From NCBI GenBank assembly GCA_965116025.1, contig OZ220480.1:1856001-1920000 (forward strand): a stretch of DNA of 64,000 nucleotides, in the 5' to 3' direction. The first letter of the stretch is position 1, and every line of letters starts with the position of its first letter. Made by a program: the position numbers and the translations under genes. The DNA comes from an uncultured candidatus Porisulfidus sp. (GTDB lineage Bacteria; Pseudomonadota; Gammaproteobacteria; Poriferisulfidales; Poriferisulfidaceae). Positions 29,010 to 43,800 of this stretch are shown one piece after another. The notes below the pieces were generated by a model. The model made no database searches. It was not told the origin of the DNA and saw nothing but the letters and a program-made list of their open reading frames with translations.

Positions 29010-32000
29010 TCAGAAGCGAACTTTCAGCAGGACGCTCGCGCCGTAATCATGATTGTCGCCGTCCGACGCCACGTAGTGAGCGTCCCCCGAGAGCGTCGAC
29101 TCTCCCTTCTCATTCAACACCATCACACCCCCGACGCCCAAACGCGCCCACGTGGACTCCGCCTCCGAGCGCAAGCGCGACCCCGACGCCATCGCCTCCC
29201 GGCTCTCCGAGAGCTCGCGCTCCACGTCCAATGAGGCGTACGTCTGACCGTTCTCCAATAACGCCCCGATCCGCGCCCTCACGCTGTCCTCCGAGCGGAA
29301 CGACACTCTTCCGCTTCCAGTAACGCCCGACACGTCGGCGAAGCCGTCGACGTCCACCCAGGTCCACGTCAATCCCCCGCGCGGAACCAGCGCGAAGCCG
29401 TCCATCTCCATGCGCCTGCCGACCTCCACGCCGATCGCGTGGCCCTCGCCGTCCAGACCGGACGCCACCATCCCACGCGCCTCTGAACTCAAATCAATGT
29501 CCTCGAAACGCGTGTACGAGAGCTCCCCGTCCGCGTACCAGCCATCCTCACCCCGCCAGGTCGCCGAAGCCCCGACGCCCACGCCCGAGACCTCGATCTT
29601 CCCGCCGCGCGCGACGTCCGCCTCGCCGTCACGGTAGTGCGCGCTCGCGCCCAGCGTCAGCCCTGGCGCGTCCGTGGGAACGACCAAGCCCGTCTCCACG
29701 CCCCAGCGCTCGAAGTCCCAAGACAAATCATGCCCGGCCGTGTCCATCGCGGTCGTGGACATATCCGCCTCGCGCTCGCCGTCGCTCGCCATGACCCGCG
29801 CCCAAACGCCCCCGCCGTCCCGCGTCGCTGACAACCGCGCCTGACGACCGCCCGGCGCGCTCATCTCCAGCAGCACCGACGGCAGCGCCTCGTACACCCT
29901 AGCTCGGGCGTGATACGCCCGACCCGACTCCTCGAACTGATGCCCGCCCTCGATCATCTTCAGGGTGACTCTGGAGACGTCGTACACGCCGCGCGTCTCG
30001 AGACCCGGACTGAGCGTGTATTCCCCGCCCACCTTCACCCCATCGAAGGTCGTCGTTCCGCTGTTGAGCATCTTCCCCTTGACGTAGCCAATGCGTCCGA
30101 CCGCGTCCTTCTTCATGGTGATGGTCAGCCCCCCGTCCGACTTCACCGCGGTTCCAGACGCAGCCTCGACTTTCGCCTTCGGCCCGATCACCAGCGTTCC
30201 GCCATTCACCATCCGAACGCCGGCGCGCTCGCCGGCGCCGCCCATCACCTTGCCGTTGATGGTGACCGTCTGGTCGTATTGCCCCGCCCGGGCGTGGCTG
30301 GCGACGAACGTCCGCTTGCCCTTGACGTGAACGCCGTCCTTCTTGGCCCGGATCGTCGCCATCTCTCCCACCGTGACCTCAATCTTCCCGGCTTTCGGCG
30401 CGTCCTCGTCCTCGTAGACGGTGGCGGTCTCCGCGTGCACGCCATGCCCGTCCGCCATGATCGTCCCGCCAGCCACGTCGATCATGATCGGGATGATCGT
30501 CTCAATGTCCCGTATCCCCGCCGTGTCCTCCAGATCCTTGACATAAGCGAGAATTCCGTCGCCCTTCGACGTGATGTCCGCTTTCGACGTGATCTCGATC
30601 TTCCCGATCTTGGCCTCGTAGGTGGAGGGGGCTTGAGAGTCGACCGCCGTCTCGTCGGAAGCCGCCTGGGGCTCCGAGCCCCCATGAATGGCGAGAATGC
30701 CGGCGGTCCGGGGCTTCAGGCCCGCCAACTCCGTCTGGTGATCCTCCGTGAGCGCGGAGAAGGCGTTGGGCTGGTCGCCCGCGACTATCTCTCCCGCTAG
30801 ATGCTTCGCGACCACGTCGCCCTGGCTGATATGCAAAGCGACCACCCCCGACCCCTTCGCGTGGATGAGACCCTCGTTGGTGACCATGAGATCAATCTCG
30901 TTATCCGCGTCTTCGGTCTCGACGAACACGCCGCTCTCGCCGACCGGCGTCTCCGCGGTCCCGATCCGCGCGCCGGACACCACGGCCACCCGGGTCGTTC
31001 CCTCAGTGACTTGGTTGCGAACGTACACGCCATGGCCGCCAGCCTGAGCGATCACGCCCGCCAGGTCGATTTCGATATCGCCGCCCGCATGATTGGAATA
31101 AACATCGATCCCGTGAAGATCCTCCGCCTTGATCGTCCCCCCGGTCACCTTGACCGCGACCGGAACCACCGAATCGTCGTCCCCTCGCGTGTCGATGTGA
31201 ATGCCACTCCTGCGGGCGTCGATGTCGCCGCTTGAGGTGATCATGATCGTGCTGCTGGGATTATCGGCGGCGCCCTCGGTCGTATCCGTGTGGTTGACGA
31301 TTATGCCGTCTGAGTTGAAGAGACTGAGATCATCGTTATACAGCGTGGCCTTTCCGCCCGAGAGCGTTTTCGCGTACAGCGGCCGTTGCCTCAGGCTCCG
31401 GATCGTCCCGTGGTTCGTGACGGTGATATCGCCCCCCTTGGAGAGATGGACCACCACGCCCTTGCTGGTCACGCTCCCCTTCGCCGTTTCGACGGCGATG
31501 TCTCCAGAACCTTGATTAAGTACCTGAATTCCCCGGTAATACCCGTAGATCTCGCCCCGGTTCACGATCGAGACAGCGCCCTCGGCGGAAGAACTGCTGT
31601 AATACGCGAAGACGCCGGTCCGGCCCACCGGAACGTCCTCGGTTCCGATCCTCGTCTCGGCCCCAATCACGACCTCGATCTTGTCCTCCCTGTTGACATT
31701 GCCGGCTCTGTCGTTCTGGACGAAGACCCCGAAGTTCTGACTGCCCCGCCGATACTGGGGAGCGATGAAAGTCGCGGTTTCCTCCGTTCCACCGTTATCG
31801 AATGTGGCTTCGGTGGGCGAAGTCCAGTCACCGGCCTCGTTCACGATCCTCACCTTGCCTTCCAGCTTGACCGCCAGCGTTCCGCGGCCGACCACTTTGA
31901 TCCCGTTATACCGAGTGTTAGCGTCAGGGGGAAGGAACGACTTGATGGTCGTCATCTCCCCGGAAGGCTTCACGGTCAGCGTCAAGCCCCTCGTCTGACC

Positions 32001-32266
32001 CGTGTACTCGATGGGATTGGGAGCGGCGCTGGTGCCGCCGTAGGTCGCGTCGCTGCAGGTGACCGCGTTGGAGGCGACCGCGCCGCACTCCTCCGCTTCG
32101 ACGGAGGACGGGATCAGTGGAAGCGAGAGAAAGGCCGTGAAGCCGGCCAGAGCGGTCAGGAAACGGAGGCTATGCCCCCCCCCCCCCCCCCCCCCCCTAT
32201 GCGGGAAGACGACGAGGCGCCGCGACGCGCGGCGCGAATCTCGGAAACGGATAGATTCTTAGCCAT
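29010..32266 (-). CDS. Autotransporter (type Va) adhesin-like protein, frameshifted at a poly-G tract
   Basis: Gly/Thr/Val-rich beta-helix-like passenger, C-terminal barrel ('GGVWARV', 'GWYADG', 'LVPRGGL', ends LKVRF). ATG 32266 with RBS joins the main frame only if the G tract length is a multiple of 3. Confidence 0.85.
32175..32197 (-). repeat. G23 homopolymer (C23 on the + strand) in the 5' coding region of the autotransporter
   Basis: Direct count of 23 C, flanked on both sides by ctatgc. Confidence 0.95.
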
Positions 32267-32353
32267 TATTGTTATTGTCCCTCTTCAAGGATCGGTCTCG
32301 AATAGTCACGCATTATACAATAGCCCCGGCACCCACATGCCTCCCTCTTTGAC

Positions 32354-32449
32354 GACCGAAATCGCGCCGAATCCTCGCTGCCAAGCACGCTGAATTGAAA
32401 TTACTGGACAGGCAAAAACCGTCAGAAGCGATTAGCTTGGAGATTGAAG
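32354..32449 (+). mobile_element. Degenerate right-end relic of the IS1380-family element
   Basis: cgaaatcgcgccgaatcctcgc and cgtcagaagcgattagcttggagattgaag align with 19375-19466. Confidence 0.8.
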
Positions 32450-32819
32450 TCTCACTGACCCCAAACGCTGGCCGGTGCGGGCTATGCTAGAGTACCTAGC
32501 ACAAGCTGACGACATAGCGAGATTATAAAACCTTGGCACAAAGGGAAAACTTGCTAGGACGGCCTTCCGTGGCTTTCTCTCGACCTCCGCGCTTCGCCTT
32601 AACGCCGGGAACGCGAAGTGATGACAGGTTGTCACCATAAGCGTTGAATGACCCTCGATTCGGGACCGAAACCGCATTATGAAAAACCTGCAGTGCACGG
32701 TACTGCCCGTTTTGGCACCAAAAACGCACGCATCCACGTCATAAGTTCGGCTAAAAAGCATTGGAAGAAGATAGCGTATATCAAACGGTCTTTATCCTGA
32801 ACATGGTCACTTAACTCCC

Positions 32820-33878
32820 TTGGCACAAGAGGACCGCATTGTGAGGCCCATGGCTCTAAGCCCGTTCGCAGGCGCTGGCGGGCTTGATATAGGCGTTGAT
32901 CAGGCTGGCTTCAAAACAATATGCGCGATTGAACGCGACCATCATTGCGTATCCACTCTTCGTCGCAATGCCAGAAAAAAAACAGTCTGGCAAGTAGATA
33001 TTAAAGCTCTTTGCGGAAAGCGCGTAGGAGAAATTCTTGAGATTCGCCCCGGTGATCTATCGCTATTGCATGGCGGCCCTCCATGCCAACCATTCAGCCA
33101 GATCGGAAGAAAAGGCGGTATGGATGACCCGCGTGGAAAGCTTGTCTTCGAGATGGTCCGTTTCGCGAAAACGTTGCGTCCGACCGCCGTCCTGATCGAG
33201 CAAGTTCCAAAATTCCTCGACACCCCGGTCGCGAATGGAATGACGGCCCTTGACGCCATTATGCAAGCATTTCATGACATCGGCTATGATGTGAAAATCT
33301 CAGTGCTGGACGCCATTTATTTTGGCGTTCCCCAAAAACGCCGGCGCGCCATTATCGTTTGCGTTCCCGAAGGGCAGTATTTTTATTTCCCCGCGGTTGG
33401 TATATACGAACAAAAAACGGTTGGCGATGCGATTAGGAATATGCCCAGAGCCGTTCCCATGACCGAAACTCCTTTGATGCCGAATCACGTCGATGTGACT
33501 CCAGAACGAGACCGAGAGCGTATCTCCTTCGTTCCCGAAGGACAATGGCTGTCGAAAGTGAGGAGCGCGCCACCAAACATCATTAGGAACCTGACTGCGA
33601 AAGACTCCACCAAGTACCGGCGCGTCAACCGAACCGAACCGTCTCTCACGCTACGTTGTGGCGAAGCTCTGTATCACCCGGTGGAAGACCGCTATCTGAC
33701 GCCTAGGCAATCAGCCAGAATACAGGGATTCCCGGACCGTCATGTGTTCGTTGGCCCAATCCGTAGAAGGAGTGGAAACGTCCGTGATCTAGATCAACAT
33801 AGACAAGTAGCGAACGCCGTTCCACCACCACTCGCTAAATCCGTAGCGGGTAGTTTACGTGCTTCGCTATGCCTGTAG
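32820..33878 (+). CDS. DNA (cytosine-5)-methyltransferase
   Basis: Motif I 'FAGAGG', IV 'GGPPCQPFS', VI 'EQV', VIII 'QKRRR', IX 'ARIQGFP', X 'ANAVPP'. Start TTG 32820 or ATG 32850. Confidence 0.93.
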   Translation: MAQEDRIVRPMALSPFAGAGGLDIGVDQAGFKTICAIERDHHCVSTLRRNARKKTVWQVDIKALCGKRVGEILEIRPGDLSLLHGGPPCQPFSQIGRKGGMDDPRGKLVFEMVRFAKTLRPTAVLIEQVPKFLDTPVANGMTALDAIMQAFHDIGYDVKISVLDAIYFGVPQKRRRAIIVCVPEGQYFYFPAVGIYEQKTVGDAIRNMPRAVPMTETPLMPNHVDVTPERDRERISFVPEGQWLSKVRSAPPNIIRNLTAKDSTKYRRVNRTEPSLTLRCGEALYHPVEDRYLTPRQSARIQGFPDRHVFVGPIRRRSGNVRDLDQHRQVANAVPPPLAKSVAGSLRASLCL

Positions 33879-34732
33879 TCTACGAGTTGTTCGGCAAAGC
33901 CATCGCCAGCGGCAACCATAAGGGGGTTTTGCGGGATGCCTCATGCCCTCACATGGCAGGAAAGCAATGTGATGGAGGCGGAAATCGAGACATGACCCGC
34001 TGGCCAGCGCAAGATCAACCTCTGGCACCATTCTTCAAAGAGACAGTTGGCCAGCATGGCAAGGGTTTCATCCCATGTGGAATCTGTTCGATATCTTTAG
34101 AACGAAGTTGGGCGGTATGCCCTCGCCGACTCCTCACCTTCGATGCGGAACACCCATCCCCCCAGCAACGGCCACTTTTTGAGCGGGTTTTGTCTCTTGC
34201 TGGATTTAAGTCCGGTGACGTGGTTAGGATCTGGTCAGAAATACCATTAAGAGACTATTCCTGCAATTTGAATTACAGAATCGATTATGTATTGCGAGCT
34301 GAGGGTTGCCCGCCCGTAGTCATAGAAATCATGACCGCATCCACATCGGGCGGAAACAGGACACAGAGAACTGACATCAAATCCGCCTTCTGCGATGCCG
34401 TTTTGTACACACACGGAAATCTTCCGAAATTGAATCAATGTCTTGGCGTAAACATCCGACAAGTATGGGCGCGGATGGCATCGCAGTTAATCGTAAAGTC
34501 GCAACTCGCTAATCAGTGGGGTGGTTGCGCGATATGGATCGTGCAGGATACGCTCATGGACTATATTCAGAAAAATACTGGCCTCCAACTAGACAACCTA
34601 TTATCTCCAAATTGGAAAACCGGGGAAGTTAATGTTTTGTCAAGCAGCATCCAAAATCCCGATGATATACGCCTCTATGCTGGACCGACTTATTGGACGC
34701 GCCCGCGCTTCCGGATATCGACACTCTACTAG
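33869..34732 (+). CDS. NotI-family-like restriction endonuclease (C-terminus possibly frameshifted)
   Basis: 'ELFG', four-Cys pattern 'CP..','C','GICS','VCPRR', PD-(D/E)-like 'IDYVL...IEIMT.STSG'; overlaps the MTase stop. Confidence 0.7.
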   Translation: MPVVYELFGKAIASGNHKGVLRDASCPHMAGKQCDGGGNRDMTRWPAQDQPLAPFFKETVGQHGKGFIPCGICSISLERSWAVCPRRLLTFDAEHPSPQQRPLFERVLSLAGFKSGDVVRIWSEIPLRDYSCNLNYRIDYVLRAEGCPPVVIEIMTASTSGGNRTQRTDIKSAFCDAVLYTHGNLPKLNQCLGVNIRQVWARMASQLIVKSQLANQWGGCAIWIVQDTLMDYIQKNTGLQLDNLLSPNWKTGEVNVLSSSIQNPDDIRLYAGPTYWTRPRFRISTLY

Positions 34733-34925
34733 GAAAGCTTGAGGATGACCGAATGATAGCGGAACTCACCATTCCTTGAATAGGGAGCGAAAATGTCGAT
34801 CACTACCAAAACGACAAGCCTTGGAAATGGGAGTCTGCCGGTCCTGCTCCGTAAGCCAGCGGCGTATATCTTCGCCATTGTTGAGAGGGAAGCGTCCACT
34901 CTGATGAAGTGGAGATAACCCGAGA

Positions 34926-35441
34926 ATGAACGAGCCTAAATTCATCCCCTTGGGAATCGCGGTCCTGACCGTCTCCGACAGTCGAGACGCGAGCCAAGAT
35001 AAATCTGGAGATCTGCTAGCCGAAAAAATCGCCAGCTCCGGACACCGGCTGGCCGCGCGCGGCTTGGTCGCGGACGACCTCTATCGTATTCGGGCCCAAA
35101 TCTCGGTCTGGCTCGTCAACCCGGACGTTCAGGTGATCCTGACGACTGGAGGCACCGGCGTGACCGGGCGAGATGGAACGCCAGAAGCGATCCTTCCTCT
35201 TCTGGACAAAAAAATCGACGGATTCGGGGAAATGTTCCGCTCGCTCTCATACGAGGCCATCGGAACGTCGACGCTCCAGTCCCGAGCTTTGGCCGGCGTG
35301 GCCAACCGTCGCTATCTGTTCTGTCTTCCCGGATCTCCCGGCGCATGTCGCGACGCGTGGGAGAAGCTGATCAAGAAGCAACTTGACCACCGGACTCGCC
35401 CCTGCAACCTAGTGGAACTTATGCCGCGGCTCGGCGAGTGA
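34926..35441 (+). CDS. moaB: Molybdenum cofactor biosynthesis protein B
   Basis: 'IAVLTVSDSR', 'TTGGTGVTGRDGTPEA', 'LPGSPGAC', 'RPCNLV'. Confidence 0.95.
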   Translation: MNEPKFIPLGIAVLTVSDSRDASQDKSGDLLAEKIASSGHRLAARGLVADDLYRIRAQISVWLVNPDVQVILTTGGTGVTGRDGTPEAILPLLDKKIDGFGEMFRSLSYEAIGTSTLQSRALAGVANRRYLFCLPGSPGACRDAWEKLIKKQLDHRTRPCNLVELMPRLGE

Positions 35442-35442
35442 A

Positions 35443-36486
35443 TCACCCCCCGATATAAGACATCTCGACCTTTTTGGAGCGTGTGATCTCGCGCGCGCGA
35501 AGCTCGGAATAACGGTCGTCCCGGTCTCCCCACAGGCGGACCAAATCCCGCCGTAGCACCGCGTCATCGGCGCCGGAGCGCAACGGACCTTTCAAGTCAT
35601 GCCCGCGCGACGCGAACAGACAGGTGTACAGCATGCCGTCAGCGCTCAACCGCAGGCGATGGCAACCTCCGCAGAACGGTCGCGTCACGGACGCGACCGC
35701 GCCAATCTCGCCCTGCCCGTCCCGGTAGCGCCAACGGCGCGCGACCTCGCCTGGATAGTTCGGCCGCGCGGGCTCGATCGGCCACTGATCGTCGATGATT
35801 CGCAACGTCTCCTCCATCGAGACCACCTCGTCTAACCTCCAGCCATTCGCGTTTCCCACGTCCATATACTCAATGAAGCGGAGGACGTGTCCCGTGCCTC
35901 GAAAGCGCTCCGCCATCGGCAAAATCTGGTCTTCGTTGGCGTGGCGCTTGACCACCATATTGATTTTTACGGGACCCAAGCCCGCCGCGGCCGCGTGATC
36001 AATGGCCGCCAGCACCTCGTCGACCGGCCGTTGGACATCGGAAAGACGCTGAAACACCTCGTTGTCGAGTCCGTCGAGGCTGATCGTGACTCGGTTCAGT
36101 CCCGCCTCCGCCAAGCGCGCGGCAACCTCTCCAGTCAGCAAAGAACCGTTCGTGGTCAGGCAAATGTCCGTAATTTTCGGAATCCGGGCCAAGCGCTCGA
36201 TCAGGGCATCCAGATGCCGTCGGAGAAGCGGCTCGCCGCCGGTCAGCCGCAACTTGACCACGCCCAAATCAGCGAAGACGCGGACCAGCCTCTCGATCTC
36301 CTCGAATCTCAGCAGCCGGGAGCGTTCCAGGAACACGTAGTCGGAATTGAACACCTCCTTCGGCATGCAATACGTGCAACGAAAGTTGCAACGATCCGTC
36401 ACCGAGACGCGCAAATCTCGCAATGGACGGCCCGCGCGGTCCAGGGGCAGTGGTAGAGAATTGGACGGAGCGGTCGAGACGTTCAT
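35443..36486 (-). CDS. moaA: GTP 3',8-cyclase MoaA
   Basis: 'RVSVTDRCNFRCTYCMP', 'LTGGEP', 'FCGGCHRLR', terminal 'MSYIGG'. Confidence 0.97.
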   Translation of the reverse strand: MNVSTAPSNSLPLPLDRAGRPLRDLRVSVTDRCNFRCTYCMPKEVFNSDYVFLERSRLLRFEEIERLVRVFADLGVVKLRLTGGEPLLRRHLDALIERLARIPKITDICLTTNGSLLTGEVAARLAEAGLNRVTISLDGLDNEVFQRLSDVQRPVDEVLAAIDHAAAAGLGPVKINMVVKRHANEDQILPMAERFRGTGHVLRFIEYMDVGNANGWRLDEVVSMEETLRIIDDQWPIEPARPNYPGEVARRWRYRDGQGEIGAVASVTRPFCGGCHRLRLSADGMLYTCLFASRGHDLKGPLRSGADDAVLRRDLVRLWGDRDDRYSELRAREITRSKKVEMSYIGG

Positions 36487-36584
36487 GCGAATTCCCCTTT
36501 ATAGCCTAGGGCGAGGCTATCCATATCTTACGGCGCGAAACGGGCTTGCCCGAAAAGGCCCCGTCTCGGGCATCGCGGGTCCGG

Positions 36585-40820
<4,236 letters not shown>

Positions 40821-40829
40821 GGTCTCCTG

Positions 40830-43800
40830 TCAGGCGCGCGGCATGGGAGTGGACGGGAACGGAAATTCCGGCATTCGGTCGCGCTCTATATCGAAATTAA
40901 TGCCCAACGCGCGCACCTCGCGCAACAGAACGTTGAACGACTCGGGAAGCGAGGCGTGAAGGTCCAGCTCGTCCGCGATGATTCCCTTGTACACGCGGTT
41001 GCGCCCCTCGACATCGTCGGATTTCACTGTCAGCATCTCTTGCAGAGCGTAGCTGGCCCCATACGCTTCGAGCGCCCAGACCTCCATCTCGCCGAAACGT
41101 TGCCCACCAAACTGCGCCTTCCCGCCGAGCGGTTGCTGCGTGACCAGACTGTAGGGGCCAGTGGAACGGGCGTGCATCTTGTCGTCCACCAAGTGGTTGA
41201 GCTTGAGCATGTACATGTAGCCGACGGTGACCTCGCGGTCGAATTCGTTGCCCGTTCGACCATCGCGCAACATCGTCTGGCCGCTGGTCGGCAAGCCGGC
41301 CAGTTCCAACATGGCCTTGACCTCCCGCTCGTTGGCGCCATCGAACACCGGCGTGCCAACCGGAACGCCCTCGCGCAAGTTCTCCGCCAGCGCACGGACC
41401 TCTTTCGCGCCAAACGTGCCGAGCCGCACGCTCTGGACTCCATCGTTTCGGTAGATCCGTCCCAGGAATTTGCGAAGCTCGTCAGCCCTAGCGGTCCGCT
41501 CGAGCAGCTGGCGCACTTGCGTTCCAAGCGTCTTGGCCGCCCAGCCCAAATGAGTCTCCAGCACCTGCCCGACGTTCATCCGCGATGGCACCCCCAAGGG
41601 GTTGAGCACGATGTCGACTGGCGTGCCGTCCTCCATATACGGCATGTCCTCGACCGGAACCACCATGGAGACCACGCCCTTATTGCCATGCCGCCCAGCC
41701 ATCTTGTCGCCCGGCTGCAGGCGGCGCTTGACCGCCAGCGACACCTTGATCGTCTTCAGAACGCCCGGCGCCAACTCGCTACCCGCCTCAATCTTCTCCT
41801 TCTGTTGGTCGAACTGCCGCTCCAGGGACAGGCTTTGCGACCGCAATCGCTTCCGCAACGCCTCCAGCCCCCGGCTAAGGTCCTCCTCGCGCATGCTGAT
41901 CTTGAACCAGTCCTTGCGCTCCAACCCGTCCAGATACGCCGCCGTGACCGTGAAGCCTTTCTCTCGATTCGGGCCCTTGTCGGCCTTCTTGCCCTGGATC
42001 AGGCTACGGACCCGCAGGTAGACGTCTCCTTCGTAAATGCGCAGCTGATCCTCCATGTCCTTACGCGCCTGCTCCACCGCGATGGCCTCGACCTCGATCG
42101 CCCGCGCGTCCTTGGTCTCGCCCTCGCGCGTGAAGACCTGCACGTCGATGACCGTTCCCTCCATTCCCGAAGGCACTCGCAGCGACGTGTCCTTAACCTC
42201 GGACGCCTTCTCGCCAAAAATCGCGCGCAACAGCTTCTCCTCCGGAGTCAGCTGAGTCTCGCCTTTCGGGGTGACCTTCCCGACCAGAATATCGTTCGGG
42301 CGAACCTCGGCGCCAATGTACACCACGCCGCACTCGTCGAGCTTGCCCAAGAGTCCCTCGCTCACGTTCGGGATGTCCGCCGTGATCTCCTCCACTCCCA
42401 TCTTGGTCTCTCGCGCCACGCAAGTCAGCTCCTCAATGTGGATGGTGGTGTAGCGATCCTCTTCCAGAACCCGCTCCGAGAGCACGATGGAGTCCTCGAA
42501 GTTGTAGCCGTTCCAAGGCATGAACGCGACCAGCATGTTCTGGCCGAGCGCCAGCTCGCCCAAGTCTGTGGCCGAGCCGTCCGCCAGCACGTCTCCCTTC
42601 TCGATGCGGTCGCCAGGGCGAACGCGCGGATGCTGGTTGATGCAAGTGCTCTGGTTGGATCGGACGTATTTGGTGAGACTGTAGATATCCACGCCAGCTT
42701 GCCCCTCGCCGGCCTCCTCGTCCTCGACGCGCACCACGATCCTGTTGGCATCGACGTCATGCACCTCTCCGCCGCGATTCGCCAGCACCATAGCTCCCGA
42801 ATCCACGGCCAGAGCGCGCTCCATGCCCGTCCCCACCAACGGCTTCTCGGCACGCAGGGTCGGCACCGCCTGACGCATCATGTTCGACCCCATCAGCGCC
42901 CGATTGGCATCGTCATGCTCCAGAAACGGAATGAGCGAAGCCGCCACCGAGACGATTTGGCGCGGCGAGACGTCAATGTAATCGACCTTCTCCGGCCGCT
43001 CCAGAGTGAACTCCTTCTGGTGACGGCAGGAAACCAGCGGGTCCGTGAAGCGGCGACTCGAGTCCAGCGCCGCGTTGGCCTGCGCGATGATGTACTGCCC
43101 CTCCTCGATCGCGGACAGATAGTCGATTTGGTCCGTGACCCGGCCCTTGCTCACCTTCCGGTACGGAGTCTCCAGAAACCCGAAGTTGTTGAGGCGGGCA
43201 TAGACCGCCAGCGAGTTGATCAGTCCGATGTTCGGGCCCTCCGGCGTCTCGATCGGACAAACCCGCCCGTAGTGGGTCGGATGCACGTCGCGCACCTCGA
43301 AGCCAGCTCGCTCGCGGGTTAGTCCGCCTGGGCCCAGCGCGGAGATCCGGCGCTTGTGCGTCACCTCCGCCAGCGGATTGTTCTGGTCCATGAATTGCGA
43401 CAGCTGGCTGGAGCCGAAGAATTCCTTGATCGCGGCCGACACCGGCTTCGCGTTCACCATGTCCTGCACGGTCAAATCATCCGCCTCGACCTGCGTCAAG
43501 CGCTCCTTAACCGCCCGTTGCACCCGCGACAGCCCAGTGCGGAAGGCCTGCTCCACCTGCTCTCCCACGCAACGCACTCGGCGATTGCCCAGGTGGTCGA
43601 CATCGTCCACCACGTCGCGGCCCTGGTGAATGTCGATCAGCACGCGCAACACGTCGATGATATCCTCCACCTCAAGAACTCCTGGCCCCTCCATGCTATC
43701 GCGCCGCAAACGACGATTCAGCCGCATGCGCCCGACCTGGGAGAGGTTGTAGCGCTCTGGATTAAAGAACAGGCCGTCGAAATGATTGCGCACCGTATCT

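Noticed and set aside
31386-32393. + strand ORF with a poly-Pro run
   Set aside because: The prolines are just the C23 tract read antisense to the autotransporter.
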